A DNA stretch of 64,000 nucleotides from a virus (IMGVR_UViG_3300037067_016725:51508-115507); one strand, 5' to 3'; numbered from the stretch's first letter, positions 49,596 to 58,713 are shown. The notes: generated from the letters alone by a model not told the origin. Program-made: numbers and translations.

Positions 49596-50483
49596 ATGAA
49601 ACTTTCCGAGCTGATTCAGAGTAGGTTCAACAAGCGCCGGGAGTACTTTCCTGAGATGATTGAAGACTTAGCCCAGTCCATCAAGGAGTTGGGCCTTATC
49701 AGTCGTTTGACCCTTAGAAAGACCCCTAGTGGACAGATGGAGGTGCTTGCAGGGTGGCGCAGACGCTTAGCCCTAGCTACCATCCATGGTGAAAACTATG
49801 AGCTACCCGAAAGAGACTGTGTGATTCTCAATGTCTCAGACCTGGAAGCCATCAAGATTTCCATTGTGGAGAACGTGCAGAGGGTCAATCTGTCAGCATT
49901 GGACATGGCAGAAGCTGCTAAAGCCCTGCTGGAAGAGAATCCCAACATGAAGCCCAAGGAGCTCGCCAAAATCCTTTGGACTACCGAAGCTCGCGTCAAA
50001 AGACTTTTGCACCTGGATGACCATCTGGACAACCTGCCCTCAGTGGCAGTGGAGTCCTTGGGTATGCCAGATGAGAATGACCCCGCCTTTACTGATGGAC
50101 ACGTTGAAGTCATGGCACAGCACGGTGCCTTTGACCTTGGAGCGGAAAAGGTCAAAGACCTGTGTGACATGATAATCGACCAAGAGATCCCTGCTTCCCG
50201 TGTAGGGAACATTGTGGATAAGATGATAGAAAGGGAAAATGCTCCTGAGCCATCCGACAGTGGTGACGGTCCCGAACCTTCTGAAGGGGACAATGGGTCG
50301 GACCCCGCAATGACGGACAACTTCAAAGGAATTCTGGCTTACACTGAGTCTGGTGACTTGCTCATCAAGGGTAAGAAAGAGGATAAGCCTGTGGATCTTT
50401 CCTACTACCATCCTTTTATCCGGGAACCGGATAAGTTTAGGGTACATGTCAACGCCAAGGTAAGGATTCAGACCCTTGATTAA
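49596..50483 (+). CDS. parB: ParB/RepB/Spo0J family protein
   Basis: IEDLAQSIKELGLI, EVLAGWRRRLA, ENVQRVNLSALDMAEA, HTH PKELAKILWTTEARV. Confidence 0.85.
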   Translation: MKLSELIQSRFNKRREYFPEMIEDLAQSIKELGLISRLTLRKTPSGQMEVLAGWRRRLALATIHGENYELPERDCVILNVSDLEAIKISIVENVQRVNLSALDMAEAAKALLEENPNMKPKELAKILWTTEARVKRLLHLDDHLDNLPSVAVESLGMPDENDPAFTDGHVEVMAQHGAFDLGAEKVKDLCDMIIDQEIPASRVGNIVDKMIERENAPEPSDSGDGPEPSEGDNGSDPAMTDNFKGILAYTESGDLLIKGKKEDKPVDLSYYHPFIREPDKFRVHVNAKVRIQTLD

Positions 50484-50913
50484 AGTTGGAGATCTGCTAA
50501 GAGGCAGAGAAGAAGCAAAGGTTTCCCTTCTAAAGAAGGAACCTTTTCTTTTTATTGCCTGTACCAAGGAGAAGATACCCTTAGTAAGTAATCTCAAAAA
50601 GATCACTGAAAAGGATATCTGGTATTTAGGTACCGATGGGTATGTACCGGTTCCCTCCCACATACGGTATCTGTTTGCAGGTGGGGCCAAGGAAAGTTTA
50701 GCACCCAGGGTCCAGCGGAGGCTTCTGGAGTGCTCAAATATAGGTCCACACATTCTGATCTTTGTGAACATGGTTAGCTCAGAAGTGGCCCAGGAAGAGA
50801 TATACCAGGCCTATGCAGGGGTATGTAGGGGAGAGACTGTCTGTAGGGTAGGAAACACTTTAGCTACTACCTCCGAGTACCTTCTTATACATTCAGGAGA
50901 CTTCCAATGGTAA
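50476..50913 (+). CDS. Hypothetical protein
   Basis: 145 aa, overlaps both neighbours. Confidence 0.5.
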   Translation: MIKVGDLLRGREEAKVSLLKKEPFLFIACTKEKIPLVSNLKKITEKDIWYLGTDGYVPVPSHIRYLFAGGAKESLAPRVQRRLLECSNIGPHILIFVNMVSSEVAQEEIYQAYAGVCRGETVCRVGNTLATTSEYLLIHSGDFQW

Positions 50914-51638
50914 GGGTTATTATCATCTCCCGAAATCAGGAATCCTCTATCGAAGAAATGGTTTACTCTCTTCGGGGACAGCTTCCTGATTATCCGAGAA
51001 CTTTTGTTCTGGATAGGTGTGAGGACAACTCCGCAGAAGTACTCACAGCCCTAGGGGAAGAGTTTTTAGTTAAAGAGGAAGGGGAAGGATGGGAGGCGGG
51101 TAAGACTCGTAACTTCGGGTTAAAGCATTACAGCTACTCAGGCGATTTCCTGGTATTGGATGGGGACAGGTATCCTAGTGGTTTGACACAGGAAAAGGTA
51201 GAAGAGGCCCTTAGAGATTTTGATATTACCCTTATCTCCCTGAGTAAAGAAAACCGAGGGTGGTTCTGCAAGGACTTAAGCGAAGAGATAAAACCTAACA
51301 CCCATATGGGACTTAAGAAAAACCATTTCATGACTCCAGGTTTTATAATCAGGAACAAAGCCCTATCAGCCTGCGTCAGAAGAAATGGAGGGAATCTCTT
51401 TCACCCAGATATGGATGGCGTATGGGGTTTTGAAGATATGGCCCTAGGTGACCTTGCCGCCCTTCTTGGGTTGAGTGTAGGAGGGATGCCCCGGACTATG
51501 TGGCTCTCGGGCTATTTCAACAAGGATGAAAGTAGGGAATCCTCAGAAAGAAAGCAGGACATAAGGGCTAGGATAGCCCAGGACTTAGTAGCTAATAACC
51601 CAAACAAGAGGCTAACCCTTTGGTGGAAAAAGAATTAG
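50907..51638 (+). CDS. Glycosyltransferase family 2 (GT-A)
   Basis: VIIISRN, VLDRCEDNS, KTRNFGL, LVLDGD (DxD), WGFEDMALG. Confidence 0.8.
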   Translation: MVRVIIISRNQESSIEEMVYSLRGQLPDYPRTFVLDRCEDNSAEVLTALGEEFLVKEEGEGWEAGKTRNFGLKHYSYSGDFLVLDGDRYPSGLTQEKVEEALRDFDITLISLSKENRGWFCKDLSEEIKPNTHMGLKKNHFMTPGFIIRNKALSACVRRNGGNLFHPDMDGVWGFEDMALGDLAALLGLSVGGMPRTMWLSGYFNKDESRESSERKQDIRARIAQDLVANNPNKRLTLWWKKN

Positions 51639-51967
51639 CACAAGAGTTATACCAAATATCTGCACAGATAATATTAGGAGTGTGGGTCACTGTAGTGGCA
51701 ACACGCTCTTTTCTGTTTGTGGGTATTCGTAGCTTTCTGGAGAGATGGCCCCTTATAGGATATCTTGCCTCTTGCCCCTTATGCTATGGGACTTGGGTAG
51801 GGGCAATACTATCTTTATGCTTCGAGAATAAACTAATCATAGGGATCCCCTGCACCAGCTTGGCATCCTACCTGTTTGTCAGCGTGATTGATTATCTGGA
51901 GGCAAACTCAAAATGGCATGTGGGTGTGGTGGAGGAAAATCTCCAAAAAGAAACTGGGAACAGATGA
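51620..51967 (+). CDS. DUF1360-like membrane protein
   Basis: Hydrophobic helices and LASCPLCYGTWVG motif. Confidence 0.65.
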   Translation: MVEKELAQELYQISAQIILGVWVTVVATRSFLFVGIRSFLERWPLIGYLASCPLCYGTWVGAILSLCFENKLIIGIPCTSLASYLFVSVIDYLEANSKWHVGVVEENLQKETGNR

Positions 51968-52083
51968 TAGCCGCTGAGAGAGAAAAGAATCACAGACAGA
52001 AAAGAACTTGTCCAAAGTGTGGGGGAGAGATGATTCCCCTTCCTGGCCGATGGAAATGTCGTAAATGTGGTTTGGATCAGTAG
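51913..52083 (+). CDS. Small zinc-ribbon protein (56 aa, not in ORF track)
   Basis: MACGCGGG...CPKCGGEM...WKCRKCG*; overlaps the end of the DUF1360-like gene. Confidence 0.6.
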   Translation: MACGCGGGKSPKRNWEQMIAAEREKNHRQKRTCPKCGGEMIPLPGRWKCRKCGLDQ

Positions 52084-52139
52084 TACTCCATTAATATCCC
52101 TAAACACGTCATACTTTTGCAACAAAGAAGAGGTGTCTC

Positions 52140-52640
52140 ATGTCTAGAAAAGTAGGACGCTTTAGCATTGCCATTGCTTGTGCTTCTAACGCCTTGGGTG
52201 CCGTTTATAAGACCATCGCAGCCATGAGGGAAATAAATAACCAGACGGATGAAGAGGAGCTAGCTAAGAATCAGGCCATGCATGACATTGCAAGTGAGCT
52301 GATGAAAAATGGAGAGGCTCCTACCAATATGTCCGAAGAGGACCTTGTTAAGAAGCTTCTTAGCGATATGGAAAAGCCACTATATACGGGCTCCATCCCT
52401 ACCCTAGAGGAATCCAAAATAAGTGCCAATGAAGTTTTAATGGCATCCAAAGCTTTTGTACTTCTTTCAGTCAGTGATAAAGGGGCAATGGAGATATACA
52501 GAGACTTCACCCAGGCAACGGGACCAGAACTGAGTGCCCTCCTAGTTCTATCGGATAAGGCAGCAGACGAGCTTACCGGTGTAATCTATGAGGGAGGAGA
52601 GGAAGTGGGAGAAGATGAAGGGGATGACAAAAAATGGTAA
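52140..52640 (+). CDS. Hypothetical acidic protein
   Basis: 166 aa; GAGG upstream. Confidence 0.6.
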   Translation: MSRKVGRFSIAIACASNALGAVYKTIAAMREINNQTDEEELAKNQAMHDIASELMKNGEAPTNMSEEDLVKKLLSDMEKPLYTGSIPTLEESKISANEVLMASKAFVLLSVSDKGAMEIYRDFTQATGPELSALLVLSDKAADELTGVIYEGGEEVGEDEGDDKKW

Positions 52641-52741
52641 TGAAAATTTTTTCTTAAAAATCGACCGAAAGAAGTTAATAGTATACTGAAGGATTTAAGG
52701 CGGTTGCGTTTTTTACAGCATACTCCACGCATATTAAAAAA

Positions 52742-53002
52742 ATGCCTGCTTTTTCCTCAAGGAAACCTATGCTCATGTCTATCGCTTCTAATGAAGGTTT
52801 TGATTCAAGGCGCTTCCTGGAGTACCAGTGTGAAGAGATAAGGAAGCATAAGTATATAGAGAGTGAAAAAGCTGGCCGTGATTTGGGCACTGCTGCAGAG
52901 TTAGATTGGGTCCGGAAATTTGCAAAAGACGTTAGGGACTGGGCAGAGTCCTCCGGACTTTTTAGAAAGCCTGAACCACAGAAGAATGAACAGAATCAAT
53001 AA
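52742..53002 (+). CDS. Small DUF4032-like protein
   Basis: EEIRKHKYIESEKAGRDLG...DWVRKFA motif; true start may be 52769 or 52775. Confidence 0.6.
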   Translation: MPAFSSRKPMLMSIASNEGFDSRRFLEYQCEEIRKHKYIESEKAGRDLGTAAELDWVRKFAKDVRDWAESSGLFRKPEPQKNEQNQ

Positions 53003-53014
53003 AAGGAAATTTCT

Positions 53015-53335
53015 ATGAGTGTTACAGCTCTTACAAGCAAAAGTTTTGATAGTTTCGTGGGTACCCAAGGAGTTGTGCTCGTGGATTTCTGGGCAGACTG
53101 GTGTGCCCCCTGCAAGGCCATGCTTCCCGTCCTAGAAAAGGCATCGGTAAAGCATGCAGGAAAGATATCATTTGGGAAAGTGGATATAGAGGAAGAGGGA
53201 GTTCTGGCAGGTAGCCAAGATATCTCCTCCATTCCCCACTTCAAGTTGTTCAAGGATGGTGCCCTAGTTGGAGAGGTCCAAGGTGCCCTACCTCCCAAAG
53301 CTTTCGAAGATTTTCTAGAAAAGCATTGCGGGTGA
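53015..53335 (+). CDS. trxA: Thioredoxin
   Basis: VDFWADWCAPCK, KVDIE, SIP, FKDG. Confidence 0.95.
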   Translation: MSVTALTSKSFDSFVGTQGVVLVDFWADWCAPCKAMLPVLEKASVKHAGKISFGKVDIEEEGVLAGSQDISSIPHFKLFKDGALVGEVQGALPPKAFEDFLEKHCG

Positions 53336-53358
53336 AAACATAACTCTCTAAAAGGAAG

Positions 53359-53386
53359 ATAAGCCACCGGATGCGTGGCTTATTTT
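53359..53386 (+). terminator. Rho-independent terminator
   Basis: ATAAGCCAC-loop-GTGGCTTAT-TTT after thioredoxin. Confidence 0.65.
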
Positions 53387-53400
53387 GTTAAGGATAAAAC

Positions 53401-54132
53401 ATGATAAACGGATATTTGCACATTGCAGCAATGGGAACCCCAGCGATATACTCAATACTGGGGGAGATCACGGGAAGGCTTCTGGAGTCAGGTCTGTATG
53501 GTAAGACCAACTCTATTCATGTGGGCATTGTAGGGGATGCAAGGCAGGCGGAAGAATTATACGAGCTTATCCTTAAGGTCTACCCAAAATTTGTTATTAG
53601 GTACTATTCCCAAAATCTGGGAGAGTTTGAATGGGCGACCCTGAAGTGGCTTAGGGAAGATTCCTTAGCTAACCCTGAGGGGTATGTCTGGTATGCCCAC
53701 ACTAAAGGGGTTTCCCAGATGGGGAACCCAACAGTGCATCCTATCATACAAAGAAATGCTTCCTGGTGGCGTAATGTAATGTGCCATGACATATTCACTA
53801 AGCACCAGGACGCTATCCAGATGCTAGATAATGGGGATGTAGCAGCAGGTCCACTGTTTATCTCTGGTCCGGACAGGTATCCTCCGGATGACTTTGGTGG
53901 GGTTGTCTCTAATATCCCCAGGCATTTCTCAGGGAACTTCTGGTGGTCTAAGTATTCCTATATCAAAACCCTGCCCGTACCGGATATGGCCTCTAGGCAG
54001 GAAGCAGAGTTTTGGATAGGTCGTGGAGAAGGATCCCTAGGGGCCCTCTCTATAAACAAGGAAACCCCGGACTACTATGGGTTTAACCCGATGATTCCTG
54101 TCCCACTGGAGAAGTTTCCCTGGCACAATTGA
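53401..54132 (+). CDS. Conserved hypothetical protein, possibly glycosyltransferase-like
   Basis: FEWATL, WYAHTKG, HFSGNFWW..SYIKTL, EFWIG motifs; function not established. Confidence 0.5.
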   Translation: MINGYLHIAAMGTPAIYSILGEITGRLLESGLYGKTNSIHVGIVGDARQAEELYELILKVYPKFVIRYYSQNLGEFEWATLKWLREDSLANPEGYVWYAHTKGVSQMGNPTVHPIIQRNASWWRNVMCHDIFTKHQDAIQMLDNGDVAAGPLFISGPDRYPPDDFGGVVSNIPRHFSGNFWWSKYSYIKTLPVPDMASRQEAEFWIGRGEGSLGALSINKETPDYYGFNPMIPVPLEKFPWHN

Positions 54133-54171
54133 TAAAAATGTCAATAGGTATCCCTAGTTACCGATTTTTTG

Positions 54172-54199
54172 TTAAAAATTAGGAAATCAGGGGTATACT
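54172..54199 (+). promoter_or_regulatory. Putative promoter (TTAAAA...GGTATACT)
   Basis: TTAAAA 54172-77, TATACT 54194-99; spacing 1 nt shorter than other copies. Confidence 0.5.
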
Positions 54200-54218
54200 A
54201 TAAGTAGAGGAATTCATT

Positions 54219-54545
54219 ATGCTCGACCTACTTATACTACTCATCGCCGCTCTCCTGAGCATTCTACTTACTGTGAACCTGGGCAAGGATGCAGGATCCC
54301 TATTAAGATTCATCCTGGTACGGAAGGTACTGGTAAACTACAATGGGATGCTTTCCATCTTTGTACTTAAGGCTTCGGTACTTAACAACAGTCAGGTACT
54401 TAGCCTAGTAGCAGGGCGTATTAAGGAAGCAGACACGGCTTTGGAGCAAGCCCAGATATCCCTCAATGCAGCAGCTAGAAGCATATCCTTCAATGTTGCT
54501 TCACTTTGCCTTGTATTCCTGGCACTCCAAAGGGTGTTCTGGTAA
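54219..54545 (+). CDS. Small membrane protein
   Basis: Hydrophobic N- and C-terminal helices; GAGG upstream. Confidence 0.55.
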   Translation: MLDLLILLIAALLSILLTVNLGKDAGSLLRFILVRKVLVNYNGMLSIFVLKASVLNNSQVLSLVAGRIKEADTALEQAQISLNAAARSISFNVASLCLVFLALQRVFW

Positions 54546-54546
54546 T

Positions 54547-55149
54547 ATGCCCAAGTCAGAGGAGAAGACCCGTTCCCTGTGTAAGTGGGTTAAGGATAAT
54601 ACCGAAGGGTCCCCCACAGTAGGATCTCTTCCTCCTGACCTATCCTCGTGGCTATACTACCGCCGAAGAAAAGTTAGGGAGGGATGGTCTCTTCCCGAGA
54701 GTGAACAGAGGATCTTAGCAGAGTTTGGACTAGACTCCTTGTTTTCTAAAACTGCCTATAACTTGCATGACGAGACACTCATCAAAAGCTACCTGGCTTG
54801 GTTGGCAGAAAAGGGAGTAGAGCCAAGGAACAATCCTGAAAATCCTGAGGAATACCGACTATACCGGTGGTTGAATCGAAAGCAGAACAGCAGCGCCCCT
54901 CACGGGAACCTTCCAGACAGTCCAATTCCCAATCTGTTGGACAAACCCTTGACTACCAGCCAAAGAAGCATGATTGTAGCTCAAAGAGTTATAGAGTGGG
55001 TATCCCAGGAGAAGAGGACACCGTCTTCCCGTGCAAAAGGGGAAGAGGGGTTTCTAGGGAAGTGGCTGGCAAATAGACGCAGTCAATTCCGGAAAAAAGG
55101 GATACAAACACCCACTAGCATACTACTTAGCTCTGCCAGTCTGCTATAG
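54547..55149 (+). CDS. Helicase-associated (HA) domain repeat protein
   Basis: Three repeats ending LSSWLYYRR / LYRWLNRKQ / LGKWLANRR; ATG 54547 follows the upstream stop. Confidence 0.65.
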   Translation: MPKSEEKTRSLCKWVKDNTEGSPTVGSLPPDLSSWLYYRRRKVREGWSLPESEQRILAEFGLDSLFSKTAYNLHDETLIKSYLAWLAEKGVEPRNNPENPEEYRLYRWLNRKQNSSAPHGNLPDSPIPNLLDKPLTTSQRSMIVAQRVIEWVSQEKRTPSSRAKGEEGFLGKWLANRRSQFRKKGIQTPTSILLSSASLL

Positions 55150-55184
55150 TCTTTTAATGATAGTACACCTCTAGCAGATGAGAG

Positions 55185-55937
55185 GTGTCTATGGAAGATC
55201 TTAAGAAATTGGCTCATAAATATAGTGTGTTCTTCCAGTACATGGATGAAGTGTTAGCTGCGAAGTTAAAGCAGCAGGAAATCTTCTCTATTCTGGGGAA
55301 GAAGGCCATAGGCATTCAAGAAAATAACTCTGCAGGGTGTATAGTCTTTCCGAACGCAAGTGAAGGGTATATCTTCTGGTTGCCATCAAACGATTGGACA
55401 GATTATGCCTTTGACTCAATCTTTTTCCTTTCTGATTTTTATGATGAAAAGTACCGGCAAAAGATAGGCAAGGTACACAGTGGGTTTTTACTGCTATGGG
55501 AAGATGTAAAGCACCAGGCATTAGAGTCCCTGAGGGCTATTGATCCCCATCGAGAAAAGACATATACCCTGTTTGGGCATTCTTTAGGAGCAGCCCTAGG
55601 TACCCTTATGGCAGTTACTCTAAAAGCAAACATGTACAAGGTAAAAGAGGTGCTTACCGTAGGGTCTCCTAGAATAGGTAACACTCCTTTTGCCCGATGG
55701 GTAGACAGTATGTTTCCTGTCACCAATCTGGTGAACAGGTATGACCTTGTGCCCTCCGTCCCCCCTCCGGGGCAGTACCGTCATTCTGGGAATATGTTAT
55801 ACATGCATGACGGGTTGTTTTATAAGAGTCCTGGATGGAAAAGGGATCTGCTTATCCCTGAAATCCTATTTGGGGTAAAAGACCACTACTGGGTTTCCTA
55901 TAAGGCTGCCTTGGAAAAATGTTATAAAGATTGTTAA
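55185..55937 (+). CDS. Lipase class 3 (alpha/beta hydrolase)
   Basis: VHSGF, GHSLGAA nucleophile elbow, GSPRIGN, NRYDLVPSVP, DHY. Confidence 0.9.
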   Translation: MSMEDLKKLAHKYSVFFQYMDEVLAAKLKQQEIFSILGKKAIGIQENNSAGCIVFPNASEGYIFWLPSNDWTDYAFDSIFFLSDFYDEKYRQKIGKVHSGFLLLWEDVKHQALESLRAIDPHREKTYTLFGHSLGAALGTLMAVTLKANMYKVKEVLTVGSPRIGNTPFARWVDSMFPVTNLVNRYDLVPSVPPPGQYRHSGNMLYMHDGLFYKSPGWKRDLLIPEILFGVKDHYWVSYKAALEKCYKDC

Positions 55938-55961
55938 AAGTCTAGGTGATCTTTGGTATAT
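55934..55961 (+). promoter_or_regulatory. Putative promoter TTAAAA-N16-GTAWWT for tRNA gene
   Basis: TTAAAA 55934-39, GTATAT 55956-61. Confidence 0.6.
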
Positions 55962-56000
55962 ATGAAAGTGAGGAACAAACGAAAGTTTGTGAATCATAAA

Positions 56001-56074
56001 GGGCCTATAGCTCAGTTGGTTAGAGCAAGGTGCTCATAACACTTAGGTCGGGGTTTCAAATACCCCTGGGCCCA
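56001..56074 (+). tRNA. tRNA with CAT anticodon, probably tRNA-Ile2 (lysidine-modified)
   Basis: Cloverleaf GGGCCTA/TGGGCCC, loop CTCATAA, C4:G69 and C5:G68 pairs typical of TilS substrates; CCA not encoded. Confidence 0.85.
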
Positions 56075-56083
56075 TCAATAGAG

Positions 56084-56114
56084 AAGGGGACCTGTAAGGT
56101 CCCCTTTCCTTTTT
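56084..56114 (+). terminator. Rho-independent terminator after tRNA
   Basis: AAGGGGACC-tgtaa-GGTCCCCTT then T-rich tract. Confidence 0.75.
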
Positions 56115-56126
56115 AGGAAGGACAAT

Positions 56127-56639
56127 ATGGATCTGTCATCTTTATCTACAAGGGCTCTACAGGCAGCCTTATCCTCTGGGGTACATAGTACCCCCAGTGG
56201 AGAGATTATAGGTGTTAGAGGAAACAAGCTATCCCTGGTGAAAGCCCCTAACGGGTATTACCGTTTTGGGTTCTTTTTCGAAGGGAGAAAGATATCCTTG
56301 TGTGCTCATAAATTAGTGGCCCTGCAGCTTTATGGGGTAAAGGCTATAGGTCCAGGAGTGGTGGTTAGACACCTAAACGGGATACCCACGGATAACTCCT
56401 TCTCGAATATAACCATAGGAACTTATAAGGATAACTCCCAAGACATACCCCCTGAAATTCGTAAGAGGTCCTCGGAGATAGCCTCCAGCAGGGTAAAGAG
56501 GTTTAAGAAAGAGGATATCTCTCGGATATTTGTTTTAAGAGACCAAGGTTTACGTCTGGAGGATATTGCAAAGGAATTTCATACTGGGAAAGGGCATATC
56601 TCTATGATCTTGGCTAAAAAGCTGTACAGTGATATCTAA
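56127..56639 (+). CDS. HNH homing endonuclease with C-terminal HTH
   Basis: NGYY, AHKLVA, VRHLNGIPTDNSFSNI..GTYKDN; C-terminal LEDIAKEFHTGKGHISMI. Confidence 0.85.
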   Translation: MDLSSLSTRALQAALSSGVHSTPSGEIIGVRGNKLSLVKAPNGYYRFGFFFEGRKISLCAHKLVALQLYGVKAIGPGVVVRHLNGIPTDNSFSNITIGTYKDNSQDIPPEIRKRSSEIASSRVKRFKKEDISRIFVLRDQGLRLEDIAKEFHTGKGHISMILAKKLYSDI

Positions 56640-56683
56640 ATAATCTTCCAATACTTTTTCAAAACAGAAAAAGGGATTTATAC

Positions 56684-57709
56684 ATGGAAAACCGCATCGA
56701 GTACTACCAAGCCTACCAGAGTATGGGTTTAGACCTTTTGCAGAATACCCAAGGTAAGCTCTTTGTAATAATGGATTTAGAGACCACTGGGTTCAATGGG
56801 TCTGGGGGCGATCAAATAACACAGATCGCAGCAGGGCTCGTGGATGGTACTACTTTGGAGATGGTAGGAGATCCCTTCTATGTGAGGGCAGGACTTATCC
56901 CCCAAAAGGTAGATCAGCTCACTAAGGAAGTGCTAGGGTCGGAAGATCCCGGGTACCAGAGCCTACATTGGGTTCTAGCGTTGAATCATCATCATCACCT
57001 TACCCAGGATGAGAGTGACCACCTGAAGAATCTTTTTGAAAAAGGAAAGATTGCTCAGGAAGAATATGCATCTAGATTAACCTCCTCCTTTAGAGAGGTT
57101 AATCTGGGACCTGACTACAAGGGGAGGGATAAGATTGTAAAATATAAGCAACCCCATAAACTCTCTGTAGAAGAGCTCTCGGAAGTCTTACATCACGACT
57201 CTACGATGAGGAAGAGTGAAGAGGACTCCATAATGGATTTTCTTAAGTTAGTAGAGGACACAGGGACCTTCCGCTTTATTGGCCACAACGCAGATGGGTT
57301 TGATAAGAAGTTTTTCTTGGATAGGTGCTCTTACTATGGAATAGCACCAACCAAGATGACGGTTACTGACACCATGTGGTTGTCTCGTCTGTTGTTTATA
57401 CCAGCCATACAGGTGTTGGCAGACAATGGGGATACAGAGTCCATAAAGGTTAGAGATACCTTGAATGTCTTTAACAATCTGTCCAAGTTATCCTCTAAAC
57501 TTCAGGATCTTAGAAACGCTTTTGGTATCCCCGAGGAAGATGCCCATACTGCCCTGGGGGATATCAAGGTAAATCTCAAAGTGTTGGTCTGGATTCAGCA
57601 ATACTTGAAAAAGCATAATGAACTATTACTGGGTTCCCTGAACAGCAAGTTTGAGATGCTTAAGGTGGAAGCCTTTGCTAGTTACCAAAAAAATGATTTC
57701 AGGTATTGA
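56684..57709 (+). CDS. DEDDh 3'-5' exonuclease (DnaQ-like) with large insertion
   Basis: DLETTG, HNADGFD, DT, AHTALGD. Confidence 0.85.
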   Translation: MENRIEYYQAYQSMGLDLLQNTQGKLFVIMDLETTGFNGSGGDQITQIAAGLVDGTTLEMVGDPFYVRAGLIPQKVDQLTKEVLGSEDPGYQSLHWVLALNHHHHLTQDESDHLKNLFEKGKIAQEEYASRLTSSFREVNLGPDYKGRDKIVKYKQPHKLSVEELSEVLHHDSTMRKSEEDSIMDFLKLVEDTGTFRFIGHNADGFDKKFFLDRCSYYGIAPTKMTVTDTMWLSRLLFIPAIQVLADNGDTESIKVRDTLNVFNNLSKLSSKLQDLRNAFGIPEEDAHTALGDIKVNLKVLVWIQQYLKKHNELLLGSLNSKFEMLKVEAFASYQKNDFRY

Positions 57710-57710
57710 T

Positions 57711-58250
57711 ATGAAAAGTAAGACAGTGCTGAATGCTATTGGCCACTTTCAGAAAAGAGCCTCAATGCAGAAAATCGCTGCAGTACAGGTGGAGAGGGAA
57801 GTCCGTTGTGAACTGGAAGAACTTCCTGCAGAAGTGAAGGAAGAGGCTGACACTGTCACCATTGATCAGACTCAGCTGGACAAGAACCCTAATGGCTATG
57901 TCAGGGTACGCAAGGAAACTGTTACAGGTAAAGGACGAGGCATCTCGGAGCATTCTGAGTACACCTTCACCAGTAAGGATTTCTCCAAGAATTTAGAGGA
58001 TACAATTCCTATTTCTGAGGACCTATTCCATAGAATTTATGCATTAGGAAAAAGTCCCCAGAAGAAGACACGATATCGCTGGAACGGGTGGGATATTGAT
58101 GTAATGGAAGATGGTAGAGTCGTTGCTGAGTATGAGATGGCAGAGGATCAGACCAGTGTTAAGGTACCTGCTTTCTTCAAGGTAAAGGCAGTACTCTACC
58201 CCACTATCCAGGTGGGTTCTGAGTTGGTGAAGAAAATTCCTGTGAAGTAA
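57711..58250 (+). CDS. CYTH-like triphosphate tunnel metalloenzyme
   Basis: EREVR (ExExK-like), RVRK, KKTRY, DIDV, VAEYE; ATG 57711 follows the upstream stop. Confidence 0.7.
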   Translation: MKSKTVLNAIGHFQKRASMQKIAAVQVEREVRCELEELPAEVKEEADTVTIDQTQLDKNPNGYVRVRKETVTGKGRGISEHSEYTFTSKDFSKNLEDTIPISEDLFHRIYALGKSPQKKTRYRWNGWDIDVMEDGRVVAEYEMAEDQTSVKVPAFFKVKAVLYPTIQVGSELVKKIPVK

Positions 58251-58270
58251 CTTATTTTTTCAAAACCTTG

Positions 58271-58298
58271 TTAAAAGATGATTTTATCTTGTGTATAT
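58271..58298 (+). promoter_or_regulatory. Putative promoter TTAAAA-N16-GTAWWT
   Basis: TTAAAA 58271-76, GTATAT 58293-98. Confidence 0.6.
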
Positions 58299-58369
58299 GT
58301 CTTTAATAGCATCAGGATGTCCTGCGCTACATGGTGTTATTAACACCACATAAAACAAGGAGATACCAC

Positions 58370-58645
58370 ATGGTAACCACATCGAAGAAGACCACTGCTG
58401 TCAAGACTGCCAAGACCACTGCCACCAAGGCCGCTGTCAAGTCCACCAAGCCCGTGATCGCAAAGATCCCCACCACCAAGACCGCTGTTAAGCCTGTAGC
58501 CAAGACCACCAAGGTTGCTGCGAAGGCCCCCGCCTCCCCCGTGAAGACTGCAGCCCCCAAGAAGGCTGTCAAGACTGCTGCTCCTGCCAAGAAGGCCACT
58601 GCTGCCCCTAAGAATACTGCCTCCAAGGCTACCAAGAAGGCCTAA
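58370..58645 (+). CDS. Histone H1-like basic nucleoid protein (Lys/Ala/Thr/Pro-rich)
   Basis: 91 aa of KTAVK/KTAAPKK repeats with no acidic residues; AGGAG RBS; own promoter and terminator. Confidence 0.8.
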   Translation: MVTTSKKTTAVKTAKTTATKAAVKSTKPVIAKIPTTKTAVKPVAKTTKVAAKAPASPVKTAAPKKAVKTAAPAKKATAAPKNTASKATKKA

Positions 58646-58669
58646 CCCTTAAAGGGTTAGCCAAGTATC

Positions 58670-58703
58670 TAAGAGGGGCCTAGAGATAGGCCCCTCTTAT
58701 TTT
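58670..58703 (+). terminator. Rho-independent terminator
   Basis: TAAGAGGGGCCTA-gaga-TAGGCCCCTCTTA-TTTT. Confidence 0.8.
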
Positions 58704-58713
58704 AGGAGGTATT

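Noticed and set aside
55962-56039. Possible leader peptide (MKVRNKRK...) before the 56001 tRNA
   Set aside because: ATG abuts the -10 element, the frame runs into the tRNA, there is no codon run and no upstream terminator
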